Source of the DNA: Callorhinchus milii
Lineage: Eukaryota
Assembly (NCBI RefSeq): GCF_018977255.1
Contig: NW_024704747.1
Span: forward strand, 21,762,001-21,826,000
Length of the DNA stretch: 64,000 nucleotides
Direction: 5' to 3'
Part shown: piece after piece, positions 22,950 through 35,592 of the stretch
How the letters are laid out: every line of letters begins with the position of its first letter
How positions within the stretch are numbered: the first letter of the stretch is position 1
The notes under the pieces: model-generated
Database searches by the model: none
The model's input: the letters and a program-made list of their open reading frames with translations, nothing else
Told to the model about the DNA's origin: nothing
Position numbers and translations under genes: made by a program

Positions 22950-23854
22950 AACAACAACAACAACAACAAAATTACACTTATATAGCGCCTTTCACGTCGG
23001 GAGGACTTCCCAAGGCGCGGGACAGACAGAGTTATGGACCTGAGCTGAGGGTCGGGGTGGGGGAGGGGGAGGGCAGGGGGGGAGCAGGGAGATCGAAAGC
23101 ACGGTTGAAGAGGAGGGTCTTGAGGTGGGTCTTGAAGGTGCCGAGGGAGGGGGCAAGACGGAGGGACTGCAGGATGGACTTCCAGAGGGTGGGTGCAAAG
23201 TGGTGGAAGGCCCGCCTCCCAATAGTGGAGTGAGCAAGGTGGGGGACATGAAGCAGGCCAAAGCCTGGTGAGCGGAGGGAGCGAACAGGATGGTAGGGGA
23301 TTAGGAGGTCGGAGTGGAAGGGGGGGAGCAAGACCATGGAGGGCTTTGAAGGTGAGGACCAGAATTTTGAACAGTATCCTCTGTGTGATGGGAAGCCAGT
23401 GGAGTTGGCCAAAGATGGGGCTGATAGGGTCATGGAGCCTAATGCGGGATAGGACACGAGCTGCAGAGTTCTGGATGATCTGCAGCCTGTGGAGGGAGGA
23501 GTTGGGGAGGCCGACAAGCAGTGAGTTTGCATAGTTGAGCCTTGATGTAGTGAAGGAGTGTATGATGGCGGCCTGCAGTGTGAGACAGTGGCGGAGCCGG
23601 GCGACGTTGTGGAAGTGGGGGAAGGCAGAGCGGGCCATGGCCCAAATGTGGGGTAGAAAGGATAGTTGAGGGTCAAACAAGACCCCAAGGTTCCGGACTG
23701 GCTTAGCAAGGTTGACTGTGCAACCATGGATGGTGATACTGTCAGTACCTGAGGTGCGGAGGCGCTGACGGGAGCCAATCAGGAGAGCCTCGGTCTTGTT
23801 GACGTTCAACTGAAGAAAATTAGCTCTCATCCAGGACTTGATGTCTGACAGGCA
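22950..23854 (-). pseudogene. 5'-truncated L2 copy (about 0.9 kb, RT C-terminus, frameshifted)
   Basis: [36 protein letters not shown]...LHWLP...; the frame switches near LAPP. Stem-loop and (TTG)n tail present. Diverged from the intact copy. Confidence 0.92.
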
Positions 23855-24649
23855 TAATTGAATTGAACAAGGCAAAAAATAGAGAAAAAAGAAAGTGTTT
23901 TTAAAACTGCAATATTCCCATTCCAATACTCATCATGTCAATTATCTACAATTTGCAAAAGAGCTGACATTGAGCTTGCAACAGTACAACATGAGTTTCC
24001 AAAGAACACACAAGAGATTAAAATAAGATAAACCGGAAGTGAAGTGCTTGCTTTTTATTTTGTGACAGCCTTAGTCAGTGAGATATAAAAGGGGACCATC
24101 AGGTCAGTCCAGAAGAGATGTGTAGGTGTACATGGTGTAAGAGGTGGAGTGGGGGAATTCTCTGGGGAGGAGACTTAATGGAGCTCTGAGCTTTATCTTT
24201 TCTATTTCCAGTCTATGTGTTTATGAATCCAATATAGCCCAAAATGTCACATAGTCTTAAGCTGCGAGACCAATTTTTGTTTTAAGACTGAAGGTAGTGC
24301 AAAATTGTAAAAAAAAATTCTTCTTCTTCAGAACTGAGGAAAACCTACATTAAAACTGACCCGATTTTAAGGACCCCACGACTACATCTGCATACTTCTA
24401 AAGCCTCGTGGTTGTCAAGTGGCTGATCAGCTACTTCAGAAGGCAAAAATGCTCTGAATGCAAATGCATCATCCTGCCGTGGTCCATATTTTTGCTAACC
24501 AGAGCGAAATTCACATTTTCTAAATGCAGCATTTTCGAAACTTTGCAATTTTCTTCACGTTTCCTTGAAACAAATTGTGAAATAATATTTTCTCTCATGT
24601 TCTCCGAGGACGTGTTGGGAACATCTTTGAAAAGCTTGGTTGTGGGTAT

Positions 24650-24843
24650 CTTGTTAGGTGTCTTGTTTTGTCCTAATTTGAAACTTCATACTTTGGAGAG
24701 CGTACATTCCGTTCTAGCAATTCAATCGCTGCGATTTCCATGTGTAGGTGGGATGCATGGAATTCTCAGCATGGTTTGGATGGTTCTTAAGCATGGTGAT
24801 GGGTTTCCACATGTGTCAGACACCCGGCTGACCACAAAAAAAA
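24650..24843. repeat. Unclassified ancient interspersed repeat, copy 2 of 4
   Basis: GAGAGCGTACATTCCGTTCTAG...TGTGTCAGACACCCGGCTGACCACAAAAAAAA aligns with the ends of the other copies. Confidence 0.65.
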
Positions 24844-25399
24844 CATTAATTCCACTCTATACTCATTATATGGTAGATTTTCACAGTTGAGCATTTTGTT
24901 GCAGCTGAATGCGTTTTTTAAATACTGTGCTGTAATGAATGCCAGGTACTGTAGCACACATTGCAGCTACCAGAGAAATTACATTAGTGTAAATGAGAGC
25001 AATCCTTCCAAATTCTGTAACAGTGAGGGGACAGTAAAGAATGATTAACAAGGAGATTAAGGAAATGAAAGAGTAATCCCATTCTGATGTGGAGTCATTT
25101 AATCGTTTTAACCTAAATTAAAGATCTCAGCAGTGACCTTTGGCTTTAAGGATGTGCGCTAATAATATTTAAGATTATTAACATCACCCACCAGCAACCC
25201 AATGGTACTTAGATTTTTTTTGGCACTTTGTTGAGCTCTCAACTACTTCTAGTTTATATGCAGCTGAGCTGCGTCAATCAATGCAATCCATGAATAACCC
25301 ACCTCACACCATTGTGGAAATTGCATTGACATTAACAAAAGTGAGAAAAGCAAAATGTCTTGCAGAACATTTGATCAACACAGACTATATATAGTGCAT

Positions 25400-26082
25400 C
25401 AGCCTGGTTCAGTTGGTAGCATTCTCATCCCTGAGTCATGAGGTTGTGGGTTCAAGATCCATGTCAGGACTTGGAACTAATATAGTCTAAGGCAGTGGTG
25501 GACAACCTTTTTGGTCGGGCAATCGAATACATTTTCTTGATTGAATATTTCTAAATTTATGGCCGCTTATCGGGCATTGCTGTTCGGTAGCTATTGGAAA
25601 CAAGGCATTGATTTGGAACCGATTTGCCTGGACTGGTGCAAATGTCTATTGGGCCATTTCTGGACAGTCCCACAGGCCACTTCCAGCTCATGCGTCAGGG
25701 GTTGGCTATTACTGGTTGAAGCTGACACTCCAGTGCAGTGCTGGGGGTTTGTTGCATTGTTGGAAGCGCTGACCTTCGAATGAGATGTTAAATCAAGGTC
25801 CTGTCTGCCTGTTCAGGGGGGACGGTAAAGATCCCATGGGACTATTCAAAAAACAAAGGGAGTTTCTCCTGATATCCTGGTCAACCCCCACCCACCCCCC
25901 AAATCAAATTGATCTTTCACTTCAAGGCTGTTTGTGAGATGTTGCTCTGGCAAAATTGGCTGCCGCATTTGCCCACAAAACACACACTCACACCACTTTA
26001 CAATACATCCTGTGAAGTGTTTTGGGACGTCTCCCTCCTGACATGAAAGGCACTGTACGAAATGTAAGGATTATTATTATTA
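25400..26082 (+). mobile_element. Near full-length tRNA-derived Deu SINE interrupted by a MITE
   Basis: A-box-like TGGTTCAGTTGG, B-box-like GGTTCAAGATCC, body GACACTCCAGTGCAGTG, Deu domain, L2-type stem-loop and (ATT)n tail. Confidence 0.85.
25493..25714. mobile_element. hAT/Charlie-type MITE (222 bp) nested in the SINE
   Basis: Imperfect TIRs CAGTGGTGGACAACC / GGTTGGCTATTACTG. Degenerate 8-bp flanks GTCTAAGG / GTTGAAGC. The SINE sequence resumes across the insertion. Confidence 0.7.
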
Positions 26083-28734
26083 AGCAATAGATATCTACAT
26101 TCAAGTTGTAACCCCAAAGCACACTAGTTTTACAAAACTTGGAAACTGATCGATATTGGTAAAACCTTGATCGGATGTTTTCTGCTGAACTTTCCAGCAT
26201 TGCAACATCGACCTCTGTATATAGAGAAAATACTATCAAGTCTGAATGAAATACAAAGACTCATATTGTCGTAACAGTCAGTCAGCTTGAAGCAGAGAAG
26301 GACAACAAAAGTCACATCACAATGGAAATTATATTATACAGGACCTCTGAAAATTGTCAGACCTGTAGACTGCTTGAAAGAGTCAGAAAGAATAATCAAC
26401 AGAACAAGGTAGAAGTGCAAGAACTAACCTTGTTCTATCTGCTAGCTCTCATAGTTTCTATGGTTGTATCGATTAGTTCTGCAGCCTCAGCCATTTGCAG
26501 AGGTATGTCATTTCCTTCTTGAAGTGTTTTTCATTGTATTCTCTCTATCTTGTGCAGACTGACTGGTACTTCATGCAAGATAACTTGTATGCCTTTTAGA
26601 TTGACTGGTACAGTACTGTATTTCATATATATATATATAATTGACATTAATCCAACGTTGTTCAGTTTTGTGGTGGTATTTTGCTCTCTTGAAAACTTGG
26701 AGTCTTGTGATTATTTTGAGTTTTGATTCTATGTTTTGCACCTTCTCAGCTACCAAACATATCACACAAGATGATTTGTATTTTATTAAAGTATGTTTGC
26801 TCATCATATTTCTTGTAAAAATTCTTTCAATGCATACTACCTATTGAAAGTCTTGCCACTAGTTAAAACATAATTAAAAAACTGATGTATTTATGCCATA
26901 ATTTGTGCATTAATGCACTACAATAATTGGAATATAGATTAGAATTAGCAACAGGATTCAAAATGAATCAAATTGAAACCCCATTGCCAGGAGCACTGTA
27001 AAGGAGTTCTGACCTTTGTCAGAACTTTGATTTTGGTCATTATATCAACACAGAAGGTGTGGAATTTATCCCAGCTCCAGTTCAATGGTCCTTCAAAAGT
27101 CCCCCAGATCCGCAACCCCAAAAACATTCAAGGAATCATCTTGTTTAAAGATTTTATCACAGAACCATCGCTTTAATAAGACGGGGCTGGGGGGGGTCTA
27201 AATTGCAGCAATTTGTGATGGAAGTTGTTCGAGCGAAGTTCCTGAGTGTGTCCATGCACGTACTCCTGGTTATCAGAAGGAGTCTCTATTTGAGCGCATT
27301 AAGGATCACTGCAGTTTAGACCCTTTATGTTTTGATGCCAGATATAAAACATATGCATGTGTTTACTTGTGCGTGGGCAGTACTCCATTTTCAGGTGTTA
27401 ATTTTTAATATCATGCCCTCAGCCCCGTACAAGACGACGAGGAGAAAAAAACATAAATCAGACTTTCTACTCTCATTACTCTTCTGCTGGAACAGGATGG
27501 CTCGACTCCAGCAGTATAAACATGCAGTTCAATTGAAGTGGCTTCTGTAAGCATACATCATTTTTGTGTTTTTAAAATGGAGCTAAATTCACAGCAGTAA
27601 TATGGAAGCTGATGTCCTGGAATAGACCATAAAAATTCTGTGAATCTGTCATGAAGTGCGCTCATTTTGCCCTTACATTGCAAGAACAACTTATAAATCA
27701 ATGATTTTTAATCAAAAAAGCATCCATTAAAAACAAGGAAATAATTTGCATGCCAATGTGACTATCTGGATTCAGATCTATCATTTCTTTTGAAAAAATA
27801 AACACAATAAATTTAGATACTGAACTGAATTTTGAAGATCTCTCAACTAAATGTTGTTATTTCACAAGAGGCAGGAAACAGTTCAGTAATCGGTCCCTAC
27901 CTATCTTTGCTAAGTTAACACATGAGAATGTGTGTAAGATTGTACTGGGAGAGTTAGACAACACTATCACATGATCTGATGCATAGAGAATGGTGAACAG
28001 ATGAAGATATTGACTTTTTTTTACACAATGACTGCATCGACACTGCCTCTATGCATTAAAATAAAAACAAATGTTTTTAGATGTCTTGGAATGATTGATC
28101 AAAATTACCTTTAATTCAAACAGCATTTGGTAGAATAAAAAAATCCCCTTCAGAGCTGACATTTTTTCTTTGGATTAAAAGTAATGAGTTATTCTATACT
28201 GGAATTGGATTGCCTTCTGTATTTCATCTCCTCAGGCATTGCGACTGTTTGCAAAGGTTTAGAATATCAGGTAAATGTTAGGATTGTCTGAAATGTAATA
28301 TTTTAAAATGTTGAGGTTTCTGGAGTGTTTAACTCTTGTTCCGACAGTTTGAGATTGCTCCTGGATATTCTGTGCAATTTTTAGTCTTTCATAGCGCAAG
28401 GGCTAAAGCTCTGAGAAAGGCTATGTTAATGGCCACTCCTTAACTAATGTGGACTGCAGATTGCGTCTCTGGTAGCAGAAAGAGCTAGAGCAAAGATTGT
28501 GGGGTTTACAATTTGCTGGAGATGTTTTTATTATACAGTGTATTGGGTCACACTGCTAGGATCTCTGTGTACTTATGGCCGTGCATGGGACATCCCTAGT
28601 CCCACTTTCAGGGTGGCACGCATATTGCCCACATCAAAAGATGAACGCTCTGTTGCTTTAGAGATAAATATCATTGGAGTTTCCCAATGATTAGAAGGTT
28701 ATCCTTGAAGGCTTAGTTGAGGAAAGGCAGGAGG

Positions 28735-28820
28735 AGGCTCATGTGAAGCATAAACACTGGCATAGACCAGTTGGGCCGAATGGCCTGTTTCTGTGCTATA
28801 TATTCTAATGTATTCTAATG
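28735..28820 (+). mobile_element. CR1 3' tail
   Basis: GACCAGTTGGGCCGAATGGCCTGTTTCTGTGCTATATATTCTAATGTATTCTAATG, a CR1-type terminal stem and ATTCT repeat. Confidence 0.75.
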
Positions 28821-28827
28821 ATGCAAT

Positions 28828-29155
28828 GGTATATCGCTGGAGTTTCTCGATGATGCAATGCTCAACTTACAATCCAGTTCAATTCCAGGCAGGTCAGGGC
28901 GAAACCTTGGGCAAGTTTCCTTACTCCACACGCCTAATAATAATCCCTCCAAAACCAAGAACAATAATAAATTGGTCATTTTCAATCTACGACTGTTTGT
29001 GGGACATTGCTGTGCGCAATTGGCTGCCGCGTTCGCCCACAAATATACAGTCAATTCACTTTACAGTGTGTTCTGTGAAGCGCTTTGGGACGTCCTCCCG
29101 ACGTGAAAAGCGCTATATCAAATGCAAGGATTATTATTATTATTATTATTATTAC
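28828..29155 (+). mobile_element. Young composite SINE (tRNA-like head + CORE-like segment + Deu domain + L2 tail)
   Basis: B-box-like GTTCAATTCC, CCTTGGGCAAGTT, Deu GACTGTTTGTGGGACATTGCTGTGCGCAATTGGCTGCCGC, stem-loop nearly identical to the L2, and (ATT)n tail. Confidence 0.85.
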
Positions 29156-30779
29156 AATCGGTATCAATGACATCGTATCAATGAAGCAGCAAGCTTCCAT
29201 TCATAATTCAGAACTTTCATTTATGTTAAGGTGACTTCATTTTTACCTATTTGTGTTGCAAATGAAATTGAATCCTTGTATTTCACTTCAGCTTCAAGGA
29301 AACACGATAAGAACTTGATATCTTTTCATAATGTCATGACTTTGTTGAACATAATAATAGTAATAATAATAGTAATACTAATTGCATTTAATATAGTGCA
29401 TTTCAGGTCGGGAGGTCATTCCAAAGCACCTTAAGGATCTTCTGCAGTGACTGTGGATTTTGCAGGTGAAGGCTACAAGACAATTGCGCACAACAATGTC
29501 CTACAGACAGCCATGAAGTAAACTTTAATAGATTTAACTAGATGTAGCTGGATTGTTAAGTTTCCCTTCTCTTTAATATGCTGTTAAAATTAATTGTCCA
29601 TTAAAATCTTGTTACATTATGGAGACTCTCTACTTGCAATTAATAAACAGTAGCCACATGCACTAAAATGAAAAGATGATACAATGGATTTTTTATGTGC
29701 ATGAAACCACTTACCAAAAAGACCCTGTTTTATAGTAAACCCAAGAGAGCAGGACGATGGGGGGGGGACAGATTGTGACTGTGGAGGAGTCTGGCTTGGT
29801 AGTCAAGTTTGCTCGCTACCTAAGTGGAAAAATTAGTGCGTAGAAAGAGGTCAGAAGTCTTATAATGGAAAGAACATAATAAGTACAACCAGAAATTGCA
29901 AATCATAACAGAGTGTATTTGTTTGGTGTTTAACAGAGCCACTGTTCCTGCAAGCTGAACAATTAACAAACTGCAGCAGAACATTTCAGCTTCCTGTCAG
30001 CAGTCTTCAATATCCTCTGTTCATGATACTTAGCCAAATAAATGGAACACAGCTGAACAGAACCCTCGCAAAACACAACGAACTGAGAGAAGACGACTTA
30101 GAAGGGATCTCACAGAGTTAAATGGAATTGTAAAATTAAACCCAGATCGATATTATAGGATGCAACAAGACGATACAACTAGAGGACACAGGCGTAGGCA
30201 ATTTCAGGACAGGCACCACAAATTTTTTTTATATGCAAAGGGCGCCTGGAACAGGTTGTCAGGAAAGGTGACTGAGACCAGGTCACTGGTCTATCAGCTT
30301 GATATTATTATTGTGTGGGGGTGGGGGTAGAATGGATACTCTGGAGAAGCTTCAAACTTCAGATATAAAATATAGGAAGGTTGATCCTTCTACAGGGTCG
30401 ATCATAACTCAGGCCTGCATCATGTCCCCTGCCTTACCATTGGTAGGTAAACTTTTAGCAGTTTTGCTCCCATCTTCTGGAACTCTCTCCCAAATAATAA
30501 TAATAATAATCCTTGCATTTGATTATTAAATTATTATTATTAAATCCCTCCTCTCACTCCCTCTTTTTCTCTGCTTTCAAGTCGAGTCTAAAAATGTCTC
30601 TCTTTATCTATGTTTCCTCCTAACTCCTAGTTCTCCAAGACATCACCCTACATGAAGGGTGCTATATCAATGCAAGTTGCTGTTCTACCTCCAACGCTGC
30701 TTGGGCTCCTATTCTGTCTCTGTGAGGTGCTTTGAGATGTGAAAGTCACTCTGTAAGTGCACGTTGTTGTTGATGGTTA

Positions 30780-31128
30780 AACAACAACAACAAGATTACA
30801 TTTGTATAGCGACTTTCACGTCGGGAGGACGTCCCAAGGCGCTGAACAGAGTACAGCATTTCAGATCCGATGGGTGGCCGATGGCATGTTCGAAGAGGAG
30901 GGTCTTGAGGGAGTTGAAGGAGGCTAAGGAGGGGCCGAGGCGGAGTGATTGGGGGATGGAATTCCAGAGATTGGGGGCAGAGTGGCTGAAGGCTCTCCCG
31001 CCAATGGTGGGGCGGGTGGGTTGAGGGATGTGGAGCAGGCCAGAGCCTGCTGAGCGGAGGGATCGGGTGGGTTGGTAGCGGGTTAGGAGGGCGCAGAGGT
31101 AGGGTAGGCCAGGCCATGGAGGACTTTT
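30780..31128 (-). mobile_element. 5'-truncated L2 3' end
   Basis: AAC tail, stem-loop and ORF C-terminal homology. Same subfamily as 16594-16880. Confidence 0.9.
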
Positions 31129-31875
31129 AAACAGAAGCTAAAGGGGGCAGGATTAGATACTAAAAATAATGCCATTCTTTCACTCCCATCTTCCGTATGC
31201 ATGAGTGGCCTGATACTGATTAACATTCTTAAATGTCAAATTTAAAGAGAAATGGAAAGAATCTGAACACAATTGGAGGCTAGTTGCGTTGGTAAGAGGC
31301 CAATATAAAAGGAGGGCTAATTAAGTGGTGCAACTGCTGGGTAAACAACTGTTAAGGCATAGGTTAGTGATCCACGGGGTAATTAATACATAAATCTTCA
31401 ATAGAAGAGTCACAGCTTATCCAGCTGGGAGTATGGAACACAAACCTCACATCCAATGAGTGGAAATCTGTCTTAATTACCTGATAATAGAACCAGAATC
31501 TGATCCACTCCACAGAAAGAAAATGTGGTTCTTATTTCAGAGTCACTGAAACATAAATATTGACAATTATTTGTGATAATTGAAAGGAATCCTTTCATCT
31601 GCTGCAAGATAGGAGGATAGGAATAGATGGAGTGATATTCACTCCGTCCGTGGTGCCTAGACTCACATTGTACTAGATAGATGGCAGAGCTTTTCAGTTC
31701 CATTTCCCTCGATATCTTTGATCCTCAAGTATTTAATCTGTCCATTTGTCAACAGAGACATTATAGACGTTATAGAACAAACAAAATGTCATTTAAAATC
31801 TATTAAAAAAGACATACGCAAGCTTAATGTTCACTTGATCAATAGACTCTTATTCCAAACAAATCAGGAACATGC

Positions 31876-32092
31876 ATGTCCCTCGTTCCACCATCGGTGG
31901 CTGTGTTTTTAGCCTCTATGCCCCGGAACTCTGGAATGTTCTGCCTCTATCTCTCCGTCTTGCCCCTTCCTTCTTCAACTGTAGCTACAGTCACCTCCTC
32001 ATCCCCTGGCTTGGGGCCATGCACTGCCACCATCAAGTGCTTTGGGACCCTATCCTGCGTGAGAGTCGCTGTATAAATGCAAGTTGTTTTTT
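31876..32092 (+). mobile_element. Old L2 3' fragment
   Basis: Translates to HVPRSTIGGCVFSLYAPELWNVLPLSLRLAPS; tail TATAAATGCAAGTTGTT. Confidence 0.8.
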
Positions 32093-32949
32093 ATTAGTAA
32101 TTGTAATTTATAAAGCAGATTGAGAAGATTAAAGGATTACTGCAGGACAGATTAAGTGAACAAGGGTCTTGGCATAAGCATTATGAAGTCAAGCTTTCTC
32201 AGCAAAAAGAAAGATAGTAACTTATTTTTCACTGTCCCTTCAGCTTAGTGTATAGTGGGCTGTGACATAATGCAAATGGTATGATTGGGGTAAGATTTTA
32301 TGTACTCCTGCTTTCGGATATGGATAAAATAAGTGTTTGCCAGAGTATTTACAGTAGTTGCTGCCAGGATTACCTCAGCCCTTTACAGTCAGGCAAATTC
32401 TAGCTTGTGTGAATAATAAAAATGTAAATGTCACGTCCTAGCAGGAGCACAGAAATATATTCTTTCTGGTTGTAACATTGACCAACAAATGCACTAATTC
32501 TATCAGGCACATCACATTGGCTACTCCCGAGACCCTCAAGACAATATTTTGGCTCTGTGTTTAAAGAGTTATTTTAAACGATATTCGTGAGAAACAGGGG
32601 CACTTCTATCTTGTTCAAACACCTGTTTCCTATTTTTCCTGGTTTGAATGTTGCTTTCCAAAAAAGGTTTTTAGTTTTCAGGCAGTGCTGTTGTGTTCCC
32701 CAGATATTGCTAAGTGAAAGATTGACCGAATGGCCCAATTATCTTCATGCACTTAGAAATTCATTTGCACTTTAATTGACTCATGAAAAGAGATCCAATT
32801 TGGATACATGTAGTTTAAAAAAATAGTGATAATTTCCAAGAATTCTGTCTGATTTGAATTATTTTGCATTTATTCACAAGAGAGATGTGCACACTGCTGT
32901 TCTCCGGTTTTGTGCTCTACAATTTATTTCCTTACTGTGTAAAAAAAGG

Positions 32950-33485
32950 TGATAGCACTCTGGCCTCCACGTCGTAGCTTGAGCTTGCAGTCTGGGCTGA
33001 CATGCCAGTGCAATACTGGGGGGGAGAGGGGCAGTGTTTATTTATGGTGGTTGTGCTACCTTTTGAATGAGGCTCTAAAGCTAGGTCTGATCTTCCTTTT
33101 CATTGGGTCCTTAAAAATACCACAACACTATTTGAAAAGCGAAGGGAGTTTGTAGCCAGTAATCCTTCAGATCCATTGGCCATTCACCCAATGACCGTGT
33201 TGGGGACCTTGTTGCCATAAATAGCCAATGCGTTCGCCTACAAATGCACAGTCACTGCACTTCACAGCAAGAATCCCATGAAGTACTTTGAAACATAGCG
33301 ACAACATGATAAGGCACTATATTAATAATAATAACCCTTGCATTTGATATAGCGCTTTTTCACGTCTTCTAGACATCTCAAAGCGCTTCACAGAATATAT
33401 TGCAAAGTGAATTGGCTGTATATTTGTGGGCGAAATGCGGCAGCCAATTGCGCACAGCAGTATCCCACAAACAGTCGTGGATTAA
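32950..33485. mobile_element. Two Deu SINEs joined tail-to-tail (old + copy 32950-33325; younger - copy 33325-33485)
   Basis: The + copy ends GATAAGGCACTATATTAATAATAATAA and is immediately followed by CCCTTGCATTTGATATAGCGC, the reverse complement of a tail. Confidence 0.75.
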
Positions 33486-34942
33486 ATGCAAAGATCATTA
33501 AAAACAGGTACTTCCCTTGACATCAATTACCACAAATTGCTTTCAGGTAATTCAAAGTAATAATCTGCTCTAAAAACAAAAGTTCTTTCTTCATCAAAGT
33601 TGTGTTGTTTTTCTCATATTGGATATGCATGTTATCATCTCTTTCTGAATTCTCTATTTCCTGAATTTGAAACCTTTCCAAAGTTTAACAATTTCCCTCC
33701 CACACAATGTGCTACAACAATCCTTCAGTGTTATATAATGATGATACCACATATAAAGTGATGCAGGAAAACACTGAAAGGTTACAATGTGCTATCATGC
33801 ATTCCTAGGTATTTTAGGCTTGTAATTACAGCCTTTCCCTGCCCTGTGTCTGAGTTCTGCATGGTTAGGGGGCTGAGCAGGAGGAGTGTGTTTATTGACC
33901 TGCTACTTAGTGGATTTACAGGCAAATTCTTGATGGTACAAAATAAAGGAGGAATACTCTCATGTTAGGATTCCTAAAACAAAATAGGGAATTTTATAAT
34001 CAGAGTACTCCTCGTCTCCCCCGAGTTCTTCCCCACCCAACCCCCCCCCACCCCACCGATGAGTGCTTTTTAAAAATCCCACTGAATCTTTCCCTCCTCT
34101 CTCCCTTCCCCTCCTCTCACCGCACCGGAAACATACACTGTCAGCACGTGATACATCTACTCGGTGCTGCACATTTATGCAGCTTCTGTGTCTCTTTAAA
34201 ATCCCGCTGTTTCAAAATTTCAGCTGGCATTTTCACCACATGAAAAAATTCCCATGACTTAATTAACACGGATATACAGCATTTTTCTCAGTATTAATGT
34301 GAATATCCAATAAGGCTATGCCATGCCTGAGTAATTGCCTAAAGGATCATTAATGCGCAGTGATTATAAAGAAGCCCAGATGCTACCCAATGACCATCTG
34401 TGGGAAGCACGACTCATTCATTTTCAGGTAAGTGGCACTGCAGGTGACATCGTACAGTATTAGGCACAAGCAGTTAGCAATAGTAGTAGGTCATCCACCC
34501 AGATTGCAGAGGAGCAGAGTCCTCCTGAGGACTTGTCACTAGCAGTCACCTGCTGCTTCAATCCTGCTCAGCCCTCTAACCTTCGCAGGTGAGTGCAGTG
34601 AATCAGAGCAGGGAATGGCTTTTGTTTCAAGTTCCCCTCCCTCCCCCCCCCAAATACCTGGGGAATGTATCATAACCTTTCCATGCGCTCGCCTAAAAGA
34701 ATGTTGAATTTAATAAGTCCAGGAACCCTCTCAATAAGTCATCGTAACCTCTGAGCTGGCCTGCTATTTTTTCTAATATTAAGCAGTACAAGCAGCTTCA
34801 ACAGCATATTGTAGTTCACTCGGTCCACGACATTGGGGGTGTCTCTGACTAGCCAAGAGGTTGTGAATGGGGTGCAGGAGGCTGGACTGGCAGTATCGGG
34901 AATGAGATCAGCGGTAACCTGGAGTCCTGTAGCTACCATGCA

Positions 34943-35090
34943 GTCCTGCAGCTCAGTGGTTAGAGCACTCGCCTCGCAAGCTAGAGACCTGGGCTCGATT
35001 CCCCACAGGGTGAAACGTTGGGCAAGTTTCGATATTCCACATGCCTCTGTTAACCTTGCAGTAAGGAGGATCCCAGTTATTAGTCAAGAG
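34943..35090 (+). mobile_element. tRNA-derived SINE with CORE-like segment and a different 3' body
   Basis: AGCTCAGTGGTTAGAGC (A box), GGCTCGATTCC (B box), then GTTGGGCAAGTTTC...GCCTCTGTTAACCTTGCAGTAA. Confidence 0.75.
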
Positions 35091-35592
35091 ATTAGAGAAA
35101 GCAAATAACATGCATTTTCTCGTGCTTTATTTCGCTGAAATATTTCAAAGCACTTCAAAGGTAACTGTTGCCAAATGTCATGACTGTTCGCAAATATGGC
35201 AGTCGTTTGCACCAGCAAGGACACAACAAACAGCCATGATGTGAATAATCAATTATTTTGGAAGAATTGCTGGCTAGGACGATAGGAAATGCTCGCTTCT
35301 CATTCCAAATAGAGTCCTGGGTCCTTTAATGTCACCTGAACAGGAAGGCAGGACATCACCTCTGACAATGCAGCATGTCCCCAGTGCTTTGCTGAAGTGA
35401 CTAGGAGCTCAATGTCTCGCAGACGTCCGACCCAGAGGCAAGAGCACAGCCAAATGAGCCTGGCTACTATCTAGACTGTCACCTACGTGCCTGAGAGAAT
35501 CACACAACCAGCAGATATCAGCAAACTCAAACCTGGGCATTATGGATAATGTATTGCTTTATCATGGGGGCTGTGGCTTTAACAGAGGAGTT

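Noticed and set aside
22946-23926. 326-aa ORF as a functional gene
   Set aside because: Its N-terminus is flanking DNA, its middle is a truncated L2 RT C-terminus, and it shifts out of frame after LAPP.
34943-35005. tRNA gene
   Set aside because: A and B boxes are present but the acceptor stem is poor, and it continues into a SINE body shared with 28897-28935.
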